Of a stretch of 64,000 nt of DNA, positions 20,478-29,948 are shown in pieces. The translations under genes and the position numbers were made by a program. Source of the DNA: an uncultured Candidatus Micrarchaeota archaeon (GTDB lineage Archaea > Micrarchaeota > Micrarchaeia > Burarchaeales > Fermentimicrarchaeaceae). The notes beneath the pieces are model-generated. The model ran no database searches, had not been told where the DNA came from, and saw nothing but the letters and a program-made list of their open reading frames with translations. The DNA lies in contig CAVXDX010000012.1 of assembly GCA_963760615.1 (NCBI GenBank), positions 1 through 64,000 of the forward strand, in the 5' to 3' direction. Each line of letters starts with the position of its first letter. Position 1 is the stretch's first letter.

Positions 20478-20954
20478 ATGGGTATGAAAGGACAAAGCGG
20501 GGTAGAATACCTGACAATGTATGCCATGGCATTCATGATTCTGCTAGTTGTCCTCGCAGGAATTTATTATGTGATGGTGTATTCCACTCCAGTAACTTCT
20601 CACTGTGATTTCCCACTGGATTTGCAATGCACTGACTATTATATTAATTCTACGGGTAACCTCACCCTAATTATAAAGCAGGAAACGGGCCACCCCATAA
20701 CAATAACCCAGTTCAACTGCACCAGCAATGACAACCTCGCTGGGATTACCTCGCCACTGCCAAACCCCGTGAATATCAACAGTGGCATGCAGGATTATTT
20801 GTCGAATGGAACCCCCTGCTACAGGCCAAACGGCGATGTCGCAAAGGGACGCGTGGGCAGTTACTACACCGGAAAGCTTTTTGTTAAGTACAACGAGACA
20901 GACACTGGTTTTGTTCACGTGCTGACGGGAAACATAGTTGTTAAATATGAATAA
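20478..20954 (+). CDS. Pilin-like protein with class III signal peptide
   Basis: MKG/QSGVEYL plus hydrophobic helix; CxF..C domain. Confidence 0.75.
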   Translation: MGMKGQSGVEYLTMYAMAFMILLVVLAGIYYVMVYSTPVTSHCDFPLDLQCTDYYINSTGNLTLIIKQETGHPITITQFNCTSNDNLAGITSPLPNPVNINSGMQDYLSNGTPCYRPNGDVAKGRVGSYYTGKLFVKYNETDTGFVHVLTGNIVVKYE

Positions 20955-20994
20955 ATTTATAAAGAGTCCTATGACAAATAGAATGGTGAAGCGG

Positions 20995-21510
20995 ATGAGA
21001 AAGGCACAGGCTGCAATGGAATACCTCATAACATATGGGTGGGCGGTGCTGGTAATGCTGATTGTTGTTGGAGTTCTCTTCTATCTAGGGATATTCAGCC
21101 CCCATACAATAATGACATGCACCTTCCAGAATCCGGGTTTCAGCTGCGCTGCATACAAGCTGACTTCGAATAGTGGGGGTGAAGGCGGCATCATACTTGA
21201 CCTAGGCCAGTCTACTGGGCGTGACATAAAGGTTGTCGGTTTCAACTGCACAACCGCCAGCAGCTTCACAGTAATTGATTTTAATGGAGTGACTGCAAAC
21301 AATGTGACCGTTCCCACTGGAGGTCATGCGCCCCTTAATGGGACTGCTGCAGCCATGAAACCCCTTCCATGCTACAAGAACGATGGCAGTATGCTGGGAA
21401 CTGCGGATGCAGGGAGTTATTACAAAGGGAAGCTCTACATCCATTACTGGGATTTGGAGACCAACCTTGACCACAAGGTTACGGGCGACATAGCCGGAAC
21501 CGTGGAATGA
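20995..21510 (+). CDS. Pilin-like protein with class III signal peptide
   Basis: MRKA/QAAMEYLITYGW plus hydrophobic helix; SD GGTGA 5 nt upstream. Confidence 0.78.
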   Translation: MRKAQAAMEYLITYGWAVLVMLIVVGVLFYLGIFSPHTIMTCTFQNPGFSCAAYKLTSNSGGEGGIILDLGQSTGRDIKVVGFNCTTASSFTVIDFNGVTANNVTVPTGGHAPLNGTAAAMKPLPCYKNDGSMLGTADAGSYYKGKLYIHYWDLETNLDHKVTGDIAGTVE

Positions 21511-21538
21511 CTACTTCTTTGCGTTTGAGAGTGATAGT

Positions 21539-22171
21539 ATGCTGAAATCCAGCTTTTCGGAATTCTGCAACAGAGTAAGCATAAGGCTCGGAATGGTATT
21601 CTCAAAGATTCCCATTTCTGCCAATGCCTGGACTATACTCTCGCTCCTTCCGGCAGTTGTGGGGTTTGCATTTCTCGTGCAGAGGCAGATGGAGAATGCG
21701 CTCGTTCTCTTCGCAATCTCAGCCATCTTGGATGCGGTAGACGGGGGCGTTGCCCGAGTCACGGGAACGGTTAGCAACCTTGGAGCCTATCTTGATGGCA
21801 TGATGGACAGAGCAGTTGAGGGGCTCCTCTTGATAGGGATAATGCTTCACGGGATACCTGACTTGGTTATTTGGGGCTACACAACTCCCGCATTCCTGTG
21901 GATTGCGCTCCTGCTGTTTTTTGGTTCTGCCATGGTGAGCTATTCAAGAGCATACGCAGTTTACAGAAGAGTCCTGAGGGATGATAAGAAAATCTCGAAA
22001 ATGCCAGGTGTCATGGAGAGGGCTGAAAGGCTCATCCTTGTGTTTCTCGGCATGCTGCTCTATCCCTTCAACCCGCTCTATCTGACTTGCGCAATAGCTC
22101 TCGCTGCTGTGCTTTCGATTGTGACGGTTATGCAGAGGATGCTTTACACCATAGGAAAGGCGGAGTACTGA
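21539..22171 (+). CDS. CDP-alcohol phosphatidyltransferase
   Basis: D.VDG.VAR...SNLGAYLDGMMDR motif. Confidence 0.9.
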   Translation: MLKSSFSEFCNRVSIRLGMVFSKIPISANAWTILSLLPAVVGFAFLVQRQMENALVLFAISAILDAVDGGVARVTGTVSNLGAYLDGMMDRAVEGLLLIGIMLHGIPDLVIWGYTTPAFLWIALLLFFGSAMVSYSRAYAVYRRVLRDDKKISKMPGVMERAERLILVFLGMLLYPFNPLYLTCAIALAAVLSIVTVMQRMLYTIGKAEY

Positions 22172-22175
22172 TTCA

Positions 22176-22823
22176 ATGAAGGTGGACATGCACATCCACA
22201 CCGTATACTCCGGGGATGCCACATGCAAGCCTTCTGGAGTTATGGAAGCGGCAAGAAGGAGGGGTCTTGACGGCATTGCTGTGACAGACCACAATACGAC
22301 TAAAGCATGGAAAGAAACGCTTGCAGAGGGCAGAAAACATAGCATAGCAGTAATCCTCGGGGAAGAAATTTTAGTGGAATATAAGGGAAGACAAGTGGGA
22401 GAAGTGCTGGGCTATTTCATGAATGAGGAGATAAAAAGGGGGGATGTATACGAAGTGCTGGATGCAATTGCAAGCCAGGGGGCGCTGGCTGCTCTTTCCC
22501 ATCCATTCTGCTTCTGGAGGGGCTTGAGGATGGATGCAGCTGAGTTAGTTGACAAAATTCAGGCAGTTGAGGTTTTCAACTCCAAGATGTATTTTAATTA
22601 CCACAACCGCAAGGCGCTTGAGTTTGCAAGAAAGCACAAACTTGCCGAAGTTGGAGGCAGTGATGCGCATAGCGAGCATGAAGTTGGCGATGCATATACC
22701 CTTGCAGAAGCAAGCAGTATAAAGGAATTCAGGAGGGCAATGGAGAAAAGGAAAACAAAGGCTGAAGGAAATATTTCAGGCTACCTTCCTAGGTTATTTT
22801 CAAAGCTTGCTAGTTTGGGATAA
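22176..22823 (+). CDS. PHP-domain phosphoesterase
   Basis: DMHIHT..SGD, VTDHN, SHPF, GGSDAH. Confidence 0.88.
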   Translation: MKVDMHIHTVYSGDATCKPSGVMEAARRRGLDGIAVTDHNTTKAWKETLAEGRKHSIAVILGEEILVEYKGRQVGEVLGYFMNEEIKRGDVYEVLDAIASQGALAALSHPFCFWRGLRMDAAELVDKIQAVEVFNSKMYFNYHNRKALEFARKHKLAEVGGSDAHSEHEVGDAYTLAEASSIKEFRRAMEKRKTKAEGNISGYLPRLFSKLASLG

Positions 22824-25337
22824 TCAGCCTCCTTTCTTTATAATTGATTTACCTCTTGGTGTGAGTTTGTAGAACACCCACTTCCTACCATCAACTTCTA
22901 TTTTCTCGACAAGGTCCGCCTCCCGCAGCTTGTCAAGATGCTCCACTATTGTTGCTTTGCTCTTGTTGAGCTTTGAGCTTATGTCCGTCGGAGTCCTCTC
23001 CCCCTCAAGAAGAGTATTCAGAATCTCCATTCTCGTCCCTGATGATAGCGCGCGGTACACATCTGCATCACCAGGCTCCTTCTGGGCTGGGGCTCTCCTC
23101 AGCATACTCAGGACGACGAAAATGGTAAAAAGAACAAGAACTACTGCCACTGGTACTATTAAGTTTGAATTCGAAGGCTCGGTTCCAGTTGCTGGAGGTG
23201 ACTGCTGGTTTGCGTTCTGAGGGGGTGTCTGACCGGTTGATGCGGGGGTGATTCTTACGACACCTCCCGCATTGCATAACAGCGCATTATCCCCAACAGA
23301 GAGGTAGTTTGCAGTTTTTTCATCGCTTATCAGGCTCAGGTATTCCTGCGAGCCGAACTGAACATTCCTCGTTGGCTCCATGCCATTGCATCCTGTGTCC
23401 TCCCATATGCCGCCGACAGAGACGAATGTTTTGTCACCGATAACCTTTGTTTCCGGAGCCTGGGAAGTCTGCTCTGCCATGCTGCTTGTTGCCTTGTATG
23501 CATTTGCCACTCCGTAGGAACCACCAGCAACAGTTGCTGCCATTGGAGCTATATCCATATTTCTTCTTATCTCATTCCCCTCTGGTGATTTCACAAGGTA
23601 GGATGTGTAAGGGGTAGGTATTCCATATTTTACGGCAAGTTCAGTAACCTGCTGCTTGAGTTCTGGAGTCTCCCCATCCAGAGTTATCTGGTCAAGCAGA
23701 TAGCCAACCTTCCTCAGAGCCCATGTTCTCTCCACGAAACTGTTTGATGAAGTCTGAGGGAAGCTTACATCGTACTTCAGCTCCTTCTGCACCCCACCTA
23801 CGGAACCTTTCAGCCTGACAGTTGCGTCTCCATAGCCGCTGTATCTGCCAGCAACTACCAACTGTGTTCCAAGGAATATGTCCGGTATCCTCTTTGGGAG
23901 GAGATCATATGTCGAAACTGCACCTTCCACGCCAACGCATGCTGTGCTACCCATCTCGCATACTACCGGAGCTGAGGAGGGGGTTATGGTGAGCCGCACA
24001 TCTGAAAGCACCGGAGTTGAAACTCTGTCATAGAAAGACTTGAGTGTCATCTCCAAATCCGCTTCATTCTTTATGTATGTGGCTATTCCATCCCCGAATT
24101 CGTTTGAAAGCTTGTCGAGAAGCTCAAAATCTACGTCTTCGCCTACTCCAAACACGAAGAGTTTGAAATTCTTTCCACTTCCGTCTGCGCTGCCAGTCAG
24201 GGCCTTTAGTATATCTGTATTGGAGTGCCCCGTGGTGTCCCTGCCATCTGTGAGTATTATGACTAGGTGCATCCTGCTGTCGTTCTGGAACCATGCGATG
24301 GATTGCGCAAGAGGATCCTGTAGGTCTGTTGCGCCTTCCGCGGACATACCATCGACGAAATTCTTTGCGCCCTGGACTGAGCTTACACTCTGCAGGGTAT
24401 CCGCATACCTCTTTGTAGTGCTTGAGAATGAGATTATGTTGAACCTATCCTCTCCGTTCAGCCTGTCCAGCCCGTACTTGAGAGCACTTTTCACCTGGTC
24501 AAGCTTGGTGCCCTCCATGCTTCCGGAGGTGTCAATAACGAAAACGACATCCTTCGGAATTGTTGTCTGGTTGACAATGGAGGGGTATATGAAAAGCAGG
24601 AAGTAGCCGCTCTCGTTGCTTTTTTGAGCCAGCAGCTTCACATCGTAATCCCTATTGCTTACACCATAGTAAAGCTGGAAGTCCTTATCCGGCAGTACTT
24701 TCTCCTCGTAGTAGGATACGACTGCCTTGCCGGTCTCTCCTCGCTGCACCGTTATGTTGTGCGTCGGCGAGTATATGAAACCCAAAGTGCCAGGTGCGTT
24801 TATGTTTATTGTTATATTCACCGGGTCTATAGGCTTTGTTGAATACCTCTCAGGGCTTAGGGGGTACATGTAGGTGTATAGCCCTGCGCTGGATGAGATT
24901 ATCTGTTCGTAGGTTATCACGACCTTGACTGTTTTTCCTCTTGGGAGCACAATGCTTGAGGAGAAGGCATCCCTTCCGACATACTCCAAGAGAGATGCAT
25001 CCCTCCTCTCAAGGACATACTGCTGGTAGGTTTTCTTTGCTTCCTCGCTTCCAAGAAGTGTTCCCTCAAGGGTTTTGCCATCAACTATAAGCTTGACATC
25101 CCTCACACCGCCTCCTGGGACTGGGAACATGTATACTCCTTCCAAATCCCTGTAACCGTCATTCCTGAACTCCTGCTCCACTCTTGTACGGGCGTACGTG
25201 TCATTTATTGTTACTGTAACATAGTGATTCAGTATGAGGGGGTACTGGTCCTCATGATGGATGGGTATGATCACTCCATCTGAATGAACGAAGCCTAGCA
25301 ATAAGAAAAGCATCAGAATTGCAAACTTTGTCTTCAT
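22824..25337 (-). CDS. Signal peptide-VIT-VWA-TM-ArsR-type winged HTH fusion protein
   Basis: VIT (EQEFRN..LEGVYMFP), MIDAS DTSGS and LTDG, TM LIVPVAVVLVLFTIFVVL, C-terminal ALSSGTRMEIL..HLDKLREADLV. Confidence 0.8.
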   Translation of the reverse strand: MKTKFAILMLFLLLGFVHSDGVIIPIHHEDQYPLILNHYVTVTINDTYARTRVEQEFRNDGYRDLEGVYMFPVPGGGVRDVKLIVDGKTLEGTLLGSEEAKKTYQQYVLERRDASLLEYVGRDAFSSSIVLPRGKTVKVVITYEQIISSSAGLYTYMYPLSPERYSTKPIDPVNITININAPGTLGFIYSPTHNITVQRGETGKAVVSYYEEKVLPDKDFQLYYGVSNRDYDVKLLAQKSNESGYFLLFIYPSIVNQTTIPKDVVFVIDTSGSMEGTKLDQVKSALKYGLDRLNGEDRFNIISFSSTTKRYADTLQSVSSVQGAKNFVDGMSAEGATDLQDPLAQSIAWFQNDSRMHLVIILTDGRDTTGHSNTDILKALTGSADGSGKNFKLFVFGVGEDVDFELLDKLSNEFGDGIATYIKNEADLEMTLKSFYDRVSTPVLSDVRLTITPSSAPVVCEMGSTACVGVEGAVSTYDLLPKRIPDIFLGTQLVVAGRYSGYGDATVRLKGSVGGVQKELKYDVSFPQTSSNSFVERTWALRKVGYLLDQITLDGETPELKQQVTELAVKYGIPTPYTSYLVKSPEGNEIRRNMDIAPMAATVAGGSYGVANAYKATSSMAEQTSQAPETKVIGDKTFVSVGGIWEDTGCNGMEPTRNVQFGSQEYLSLISDEKTANYLSVGDNALLCNAGGVVRITPASTGQTPPQNANQQSPPATGTEPSNSNLIVPVAVVLVLFTIFVVLSMLRRAPAQKEPGDADVYRALSSGTRMEILNTLLEGERTPTDISSKLNKSKATIVEHLDKLREADLVEKIEVDGRKWVFYKLTPRGKSIIKKGG

Positions 25338-25382
25338 TATATCACCAAGATAGTTAGGCAATGAGGATATTTATAGCCTATT

Positions 25383-25451
25383 CGTTTTTGTTAGGCGCTT
25401 GCCGAACAATTCCCTTACACCTCGTCAATGCGCCTATTGAAAGCAAAAACG
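25383..25451. other. Long imperfect inverted repeat between divergent promoters
   Basis: CGTTTTTG/CAAAAACG, TAGGCGC/GCGCCTA and TTG/CAA nested arms. Confidence 0.55.
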
Positions 25452-25503
25452 GTAATGTTAAATAGAATTGCAGTGCAAATGTTCTCCGCAAGAGGAGGTT
25501 GAA

Positions 25504-27021
25504 TTGGAAGGCGGTTATTTCAGGTATGACAAGCTGCAGCCCAGAGAATACCAGCTCAGGATAGCTGAGAACGTTCTGAAAAAGGGCAATTCCCTAGTCA
25601 TACTGCCAACCGGGCTGGGAAAAACCGCAATAGCACTGCTCGTTGCTGATAAATATCTCCAGCAGGGTAAGAGAGTGCTCTTCCTCGCACCAACAAGACC
25701 CCTGTGCGAGCAGCACAGGAAGAGCTTTGAGGAGCTTATGAAGCTCCCGAGTGAGGACATTCTGCTTATAACTGGCAAATTTGGGGCGGGGGAGAGGGAG
25801 GATTTGTGGAATACTGCAAAGGTTATTGTCGCAACCCCGCAGTGCGTGAAGAATGACTTGAAAAAAGGCAAAATGAAACTGGAATTCGGACTTGTTGTGC
25901 TTGACGAGGTGCACAGGGCAGTTGGCAATTATGCGTATACTTTCGTTGCAGAGGAGTGCAGGAAAGTTGGGCTTCACCTGCTCGGTCTGACTGCATCACC
26001 TGGAAGCTCCAAGGAGAAGATTGAGGAGATGAGCAGCCTTCTTGGAGTTAAGAATATAGAGATACGGGATGAGGCTGATGAAGATGTGAAGGAGTATGTC
26101 CAGCCTCTTGACATCCACTGGGAGACCGTTGATTTTCCAGCTGAGATGGATGAGGTGAGAAAGCTTCTGGAAGATGCAATGGAGGATAGGCTGGAGGTGA
26201 TGAGGAAGTTCGGGTGGATAAATGCCAAGAGCTTCCGCTCCCTGGGGAAGAAGGTGCTCCTGCTGGCCAGGAGCAAAATTGAGAGGACTTCAGGAGGAGT
26301 AAAGTATATGGGTCTGTCGCAGTATGCCGCGCTGATGAATCTCACTCACGCGCACGAGCTGCTTGAGACTGAGGGCGCTTCAACTTTCCTGGAGTTTTTC
26401 AAGAGAATGGAAGCCCGCGAGCAGAAGAGCAGGGCGGTTGTCAGAATATTGAAGGATTACAGGGTTGTGCAGGCTTTGGAGAAGGCTAGGCAGCTGAAGA
26501 TTGACCACCCGAAGCTGGACAAGCTGCGCCAGCTCATAGAGGGGAGGAAGGACAGGATATACATAATTTTCGTGCAATTCAGGGACCAGGTTAAGAAAGT
26601 GGTTGAGGAGCTAAACAAGATACCTGGAGTGAAGGCTGAGAGGTTTGTTGGAAAGCGTGATGGTGTAACACAGGAGGAGCAGAAGGATACTATAGAGAGG
26701 TTCAGGAACAGGGAGTTCAACATACTTGTGGCAAGCTCTATAGGGGAGGAAGGGTTGGATATACCTGCCGTGGACTGCGTCATCTTCTACGAGCCAATAC
26801 CGAGCGAGATAAGGAACATCCAGAGAAGAGGCAGGGCCGGGAGGACCAGAGCCGGGGAAGTGATAATACTCATAACAAAGGACACGCGGGATGAGGCGTA
26901 CTACTGGGTTTCAAGAAGCAGGGAGAGGAAGATGAAGAGGATAGTAAAGGGAATGCAGAACAGGTTCGGAGGAGAAGTTAAAAAAGTAAAGGGGCAGAGC
27001 AGGCTATCTGACTTCGGCTGA
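25504..27021 (+). CDS. hef: Hef/FANCM-like SF2 helicase without nuclease domain
   Basis: PREYQ, LPTGLGKT, DEVH, GLTASPG, GEEGLDIP, QRRGRAGR; C-terminal QSRLSDF; TTG start inferred from SD. Confidence 0.88.
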   Translation: MEGGYFRYDKLQPREYQLRIAENVLKKGNSLVILPTGLGKTAIALLVADKYLQQGKRVLFLAPTRPLCEQHRKSFEELMKLPSEDILLITGKFGAGEREDLWNTAKVIVATPQCVKNDLKKGKMKLEFGLVVLDEVHRAVGNYAYTFVAEECRKVGLHLLGLTASPGSSKEKIEEMSSLLGVKNIEIRDEADEDVKEYVQPLDIHWETVDFPAEMDEVRKLLEDAMEDRLEVMRKFGWINAKSFRSLGKKVLLLARSKIERTSGGVKYMGLSQYAALMNLTHAHELLETEGASTFLEFFKRMEAREQKSRAVVRILKDYRVVQALEKARQLKIDHPKLDKLRQLIEGRKDRIYIIFVQFRDQVKKVVEELNKIPGVKAERFVGKRDGVTQEEQKDTIERFRNREFNILVASSIGEEGLDIPAVDCVIFYEPIPSEIRNIQRRGRAGRTRAGEVIILITKDTRDEAYYWVSRSRERKMKRIVKGMQNRFGGEVKKVKGQSRLSDFG

Positions 27022-27030
27022 GTTCAGGTA

Positions 27031-27333
27031 CTAAAAACTGATTTTCACTCCTAAGAGCATTAGGAGGAGTATAGTTGCCAGTCCCGGAAGACCGAATAAT
27101 GCCACAGGCACTATGGTTGGCCATATGGGGATAGCTTGTAGGGATTGGATGTGCAAAGATGTCCCTATTATATTGAGTAGGAAGAGGCATACAACCCCCA
27201 CTATGGAGTTGAGTATGATTGTTAGGAGCCACTTGAATCCCACTCTTGCCAGCTTGAAGAAAAGCACTATCCCAATTACTAAAAAGAATATGAATACCAA
27301 TGAAGTGCAGATTAACGCAATGTCAAATGCCAT
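27031..27333 (-). CDS. BofA-like small membrane protein
   Basis: NSIVGVV.LFLLN, IPI, ALFGLPG pattern. Confidence 0.65.
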   Translation of the reverse strand: MAFDIALICTSLVFIFFLVIGIVLFFKLARVGFKWLLTIILNSIVGVVCLFLLNIIGTSLHIQSLQAIPIWPTIVPVALFGLPGLATILLLMLLGVKISF

Positions 27334-27382
27334 AATACCACCTAGGAGTTATCTCAGATGGGGTTTAAAAGTTTGACGCATT

Positions 27383-27781
27383 CTATTCAGTTGTTCTGCC
27401 GTCAAACTCCTCCGGGCTTGCAATTGCCTCTGCCTTTGTCTTCCTCACTACTTTGTCTTGGTGCTCGGGAGGGGAGTAAATGGTGTAGAGCTTGAGCTCC
27501 GAAGTTTTGGATGTATTGATCACGTTATGCTTTGCGCCCGCAGGGACTATTACTCCATCCCCATCCTTGACAGGGTATTCATTTCCGTCAATAACCACCT
27601 TTCCCTCTCCTGCTTCAAATCTGAAGAACTGATCCCTATCCTTGTGCACCTCCATGCCTATCTCTTCCATGGGCTTGAGGTTCATCAAGACCAGCTGGCT
27701 GTTCTTCCCGGTGTACAAAACTCTGCGGAAATCTGAGTTTTTCCTAGTCTCCTTTTCAAGAGCTGTTGCATACCCTTTCAT
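27383..27781 (-). CDS. Cupin-domain protein
   Basis: FRRVLYTG..SQLVLM.L..EEIGMEVH..DQFF, VPAG..HNV. Confidence 0.88.
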   Translation of the reverse strand: MKGYATALEKETRKNSDFRRVLYTGKNSQLVLMNLKPMEEIGMEVHKDRDQFFRFEAGEGKVVIDGNEYPVKDGDGVIVPAGAKHNVINTSKTSELKLYTIYSPPEHQDKVVRKTKAEAIASPEEFDGRTTE

Positions 27782-27939
27782 ATTCGTCACCTCTCAGTTA
27801 CGATTTCAGTTTCAAGGTATATTAATATTGACTATATTCGAGTAAAGCTAGCTTGAATATTTAAAAGAGATACATACGCCAGTTTGGGACAGACTCTGTT
27901 TCTTTAGGTTTTATAAAGACAAAAAGGCATAATTTAACC

Positions 27940-28812
27940 ATGCCAGAAAACGTCAAATTTACGGAAGAGCGAAACTCGGAAGAAAAGGTACCGAGAAGGG
28001 AGCACCTCCAGCCTATCAAGGAGATTATCCACCAATTACATAAAAAGAAATTTGTCGAGCCAAGTTCAGTGAAAGCTGTGCTGCTGTATATAGAAATGGA
28101 TTGGGGGAGCGGTGAGCTGCAGAAATGGGCTGATGAGGTTGAACGGAAAAAAGAGAGACTAGAAAAAAAGTTTAAGGTAAATGAGAAGCTCACCACTGAG
28201 ATAAAAAGCATAATTGAGAGAGTGGGCACAGGTGTTCTAAGCGAGGATGAAATGAAAGAGGCTGAGAGGAGATTCAAAGGAGCGAAATATGCGTGGAGCC
28301 GCTATTCCATTATCCCTCTTATTGTCAAGGGTGGGCAAACAGCAGGCCATATTGAGCTGCTTAGAACTGCCCCGTTATTGGATGAGGTAGCGAGTTACGG
28401 GATAAAACTTCACGAGTCCGCCCATTTTATTCATCTTTTCATAGTTGAGAAGCGCCTTGAGAGCGGGGATATCAAAGACCCGATAATGAAAAGGCTTTAT
28501 GAGTACATGCACGGGAAATATAGCAACGAGATAATTGATGCCGCGGTGCGCGGCTATATCGGCCCGCGATATCAGGAGACCGTGGCGGAGGCTCTCATGT
28601 ACTGCGTGCTGCACAAGGGCGAAACACCTGACAAGCACAGGGATTTCAGGGTGGCTGACGAATTCAGGCTGCTCGGACATGACGTCAAGGAGCTGGGAAA
28701 CCTTTTCAAAAGCAACCCTGAGACATTCAGAAAGCTCGTGGAAAACCCCTCATGGTGGGTGGAAGCTGGCAGCGTTGAAAAACTTGTTGAAAAGTTGAAG
28801 GAACCGGGCTAG
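27940..28812 (+). CDS. Hypothetical protein with HExxH motif
   Basis: 290-aa ORF with own TATA; LHESAHFIH and downstream AEAL. Confidence 0.6.
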   Translation: MPENVKFTEERNSEEKVPRREHLQPIKEIIHQLHKKKFVEPSSVKAVLLYIEMDWGSGELQKWADEVERKKERLEKKFKVNEKLTTEIKSIIERVGTGVLSEDEMKEAERRFKGAKYAWSRYSIIPLIVKGGQTAGHIELLRTAPLLDEVASYGIKLHESAHFIHLFIVEKRLESGDIKDPIMKRLYEYMHGKYSNEIIDAAVRGYIGPRYQETVAEALMYCVLHKGETPDKHRDFRVADEFRLLGHDVKELGNLFKSNPETFRKLVENPSWWVEAGSVEKLVEKLKEPG

Positions 28813-28850
28813 TGACAATCTTAAAAAGGAGAAAAGGCATAATTTAGGAT

Positions 28851-29816
28851 ATGCCAGCATACAAGAAAGAGAAGGCGGAGGGCATATCAGAAAGCCACCC
28901 TGCTTCGAAAGTTGACGTCTTCCCAGACCACCTAAACACCAAGATTGGGGATTACAAAGTTCGCATAGACAAGGATGGGGTAAAAGCAAGGAAGGAAGTA
29001 AAGGACCTGACGGTTCAACTTGCGCGGATGGATTATGAACAGTGGTATTACCCGTCGTTAGGTCCGAATTTTGTAGATAAGAAAGAAATTAAGGTGCCTT
29101 CCATTGATCTTGTCGTATCGTTCAGTTTTGAAGACCTATCCAGTATAGCCGAGTTGAAGCCTAATGAGCTTAAGGGATATCCTGAAAGGACCTCCCAAAA
29201 TTGGATAAATGTGAACGTTTCTGCAAAATTCCTTATTGACGATAGGGAGATGGATATGAAAGGATTCACCAGGGGAGTTGTCAAGCATTCAATGCCTCGT
29301 TGGCTTACTGACGCCAAGGAATCCAAGCTTCGTGATGCCATTATTCTTGATGATGATTTCCGCGGCAAGCTTGCCGGTGACATCAGGATGCTTGCCAGGA
29401 AGGTTGACTGGATGCTGAAATTCGACCCAAATGCCTCTGTGTCATTCAAAGCGCTAATGGCTGCAAAGAAGGCGGGGATAGAAAACTTCGACAGAGAAGT
29501 CGAGAGTCTGACAATACAGGTTTTGGAAATATCAGAGAAATGCGATGTTTTCAAGAACCCGGACGCCCTGCTTCAACTGGCCGTTAAGGCAAGGGAACAG
29601 GAAAATGGCGAAGCCATAGTTCTTAAACTTGGCGTCGACCTTTTCATGGCAGCCCAATTCATCCGAGATGAAGCTAATAAGACGACTGACCCCGCTGCCA
29701 AGGCTTTCCGGGAAAACCAGGCAAAAAAACTGTATGCGCTTAGCCAGCTATTCCATGATTACGCTCTAAAGGACTTGAATGAAAAGAGAGACAAGAAGTC
29801 CAAGAAGGAGTCATAG
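28851..29816 (+). CDS. Hypothetical protein
   Basis: 321-aa ORF with own TATA and shared upstream motif; no recognised domain. Confidence 0.6.
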   Translation: MPAYKKEKAEGISESHPASKVDVFPDHLNTKIGDYKVRIDKDGVKARKEVKDLTVQLARMDYEQWYYPSLGPNFVDKKEIKVPSIDLVVSFSFEDLSSIAELKPNELKGYPERTSQNWINVNVSAKFLIDDREMDMKGFTRGVVKHSMPRWLTDAKESKLRDAIILDDDFRGKLAGDIRMLARKVDWMLKFDPNASVSFKALMAAKKAGIENFDREVESLTIQVLEISEKCDVFKNPDALLQLAVKAREQENGEAIVLKLGVDLFMAAQFIRDEANKTTDPAAKAFRENQAKKLYALSQLFHDYALKDLNEKRDKKSKKES

Positions 29817-29948
29817 ACGTTTTTCTGACATTTCTGAAATCATCTAGGCTTTCTTCTGGTTGAGGTAATGTAACTATGGTTACACAAACTACATGGAAAG
29901 GAAGTCAGTTTCTTTATGGTTTATAAGCTTAAAACGAGCAATTTTAGC

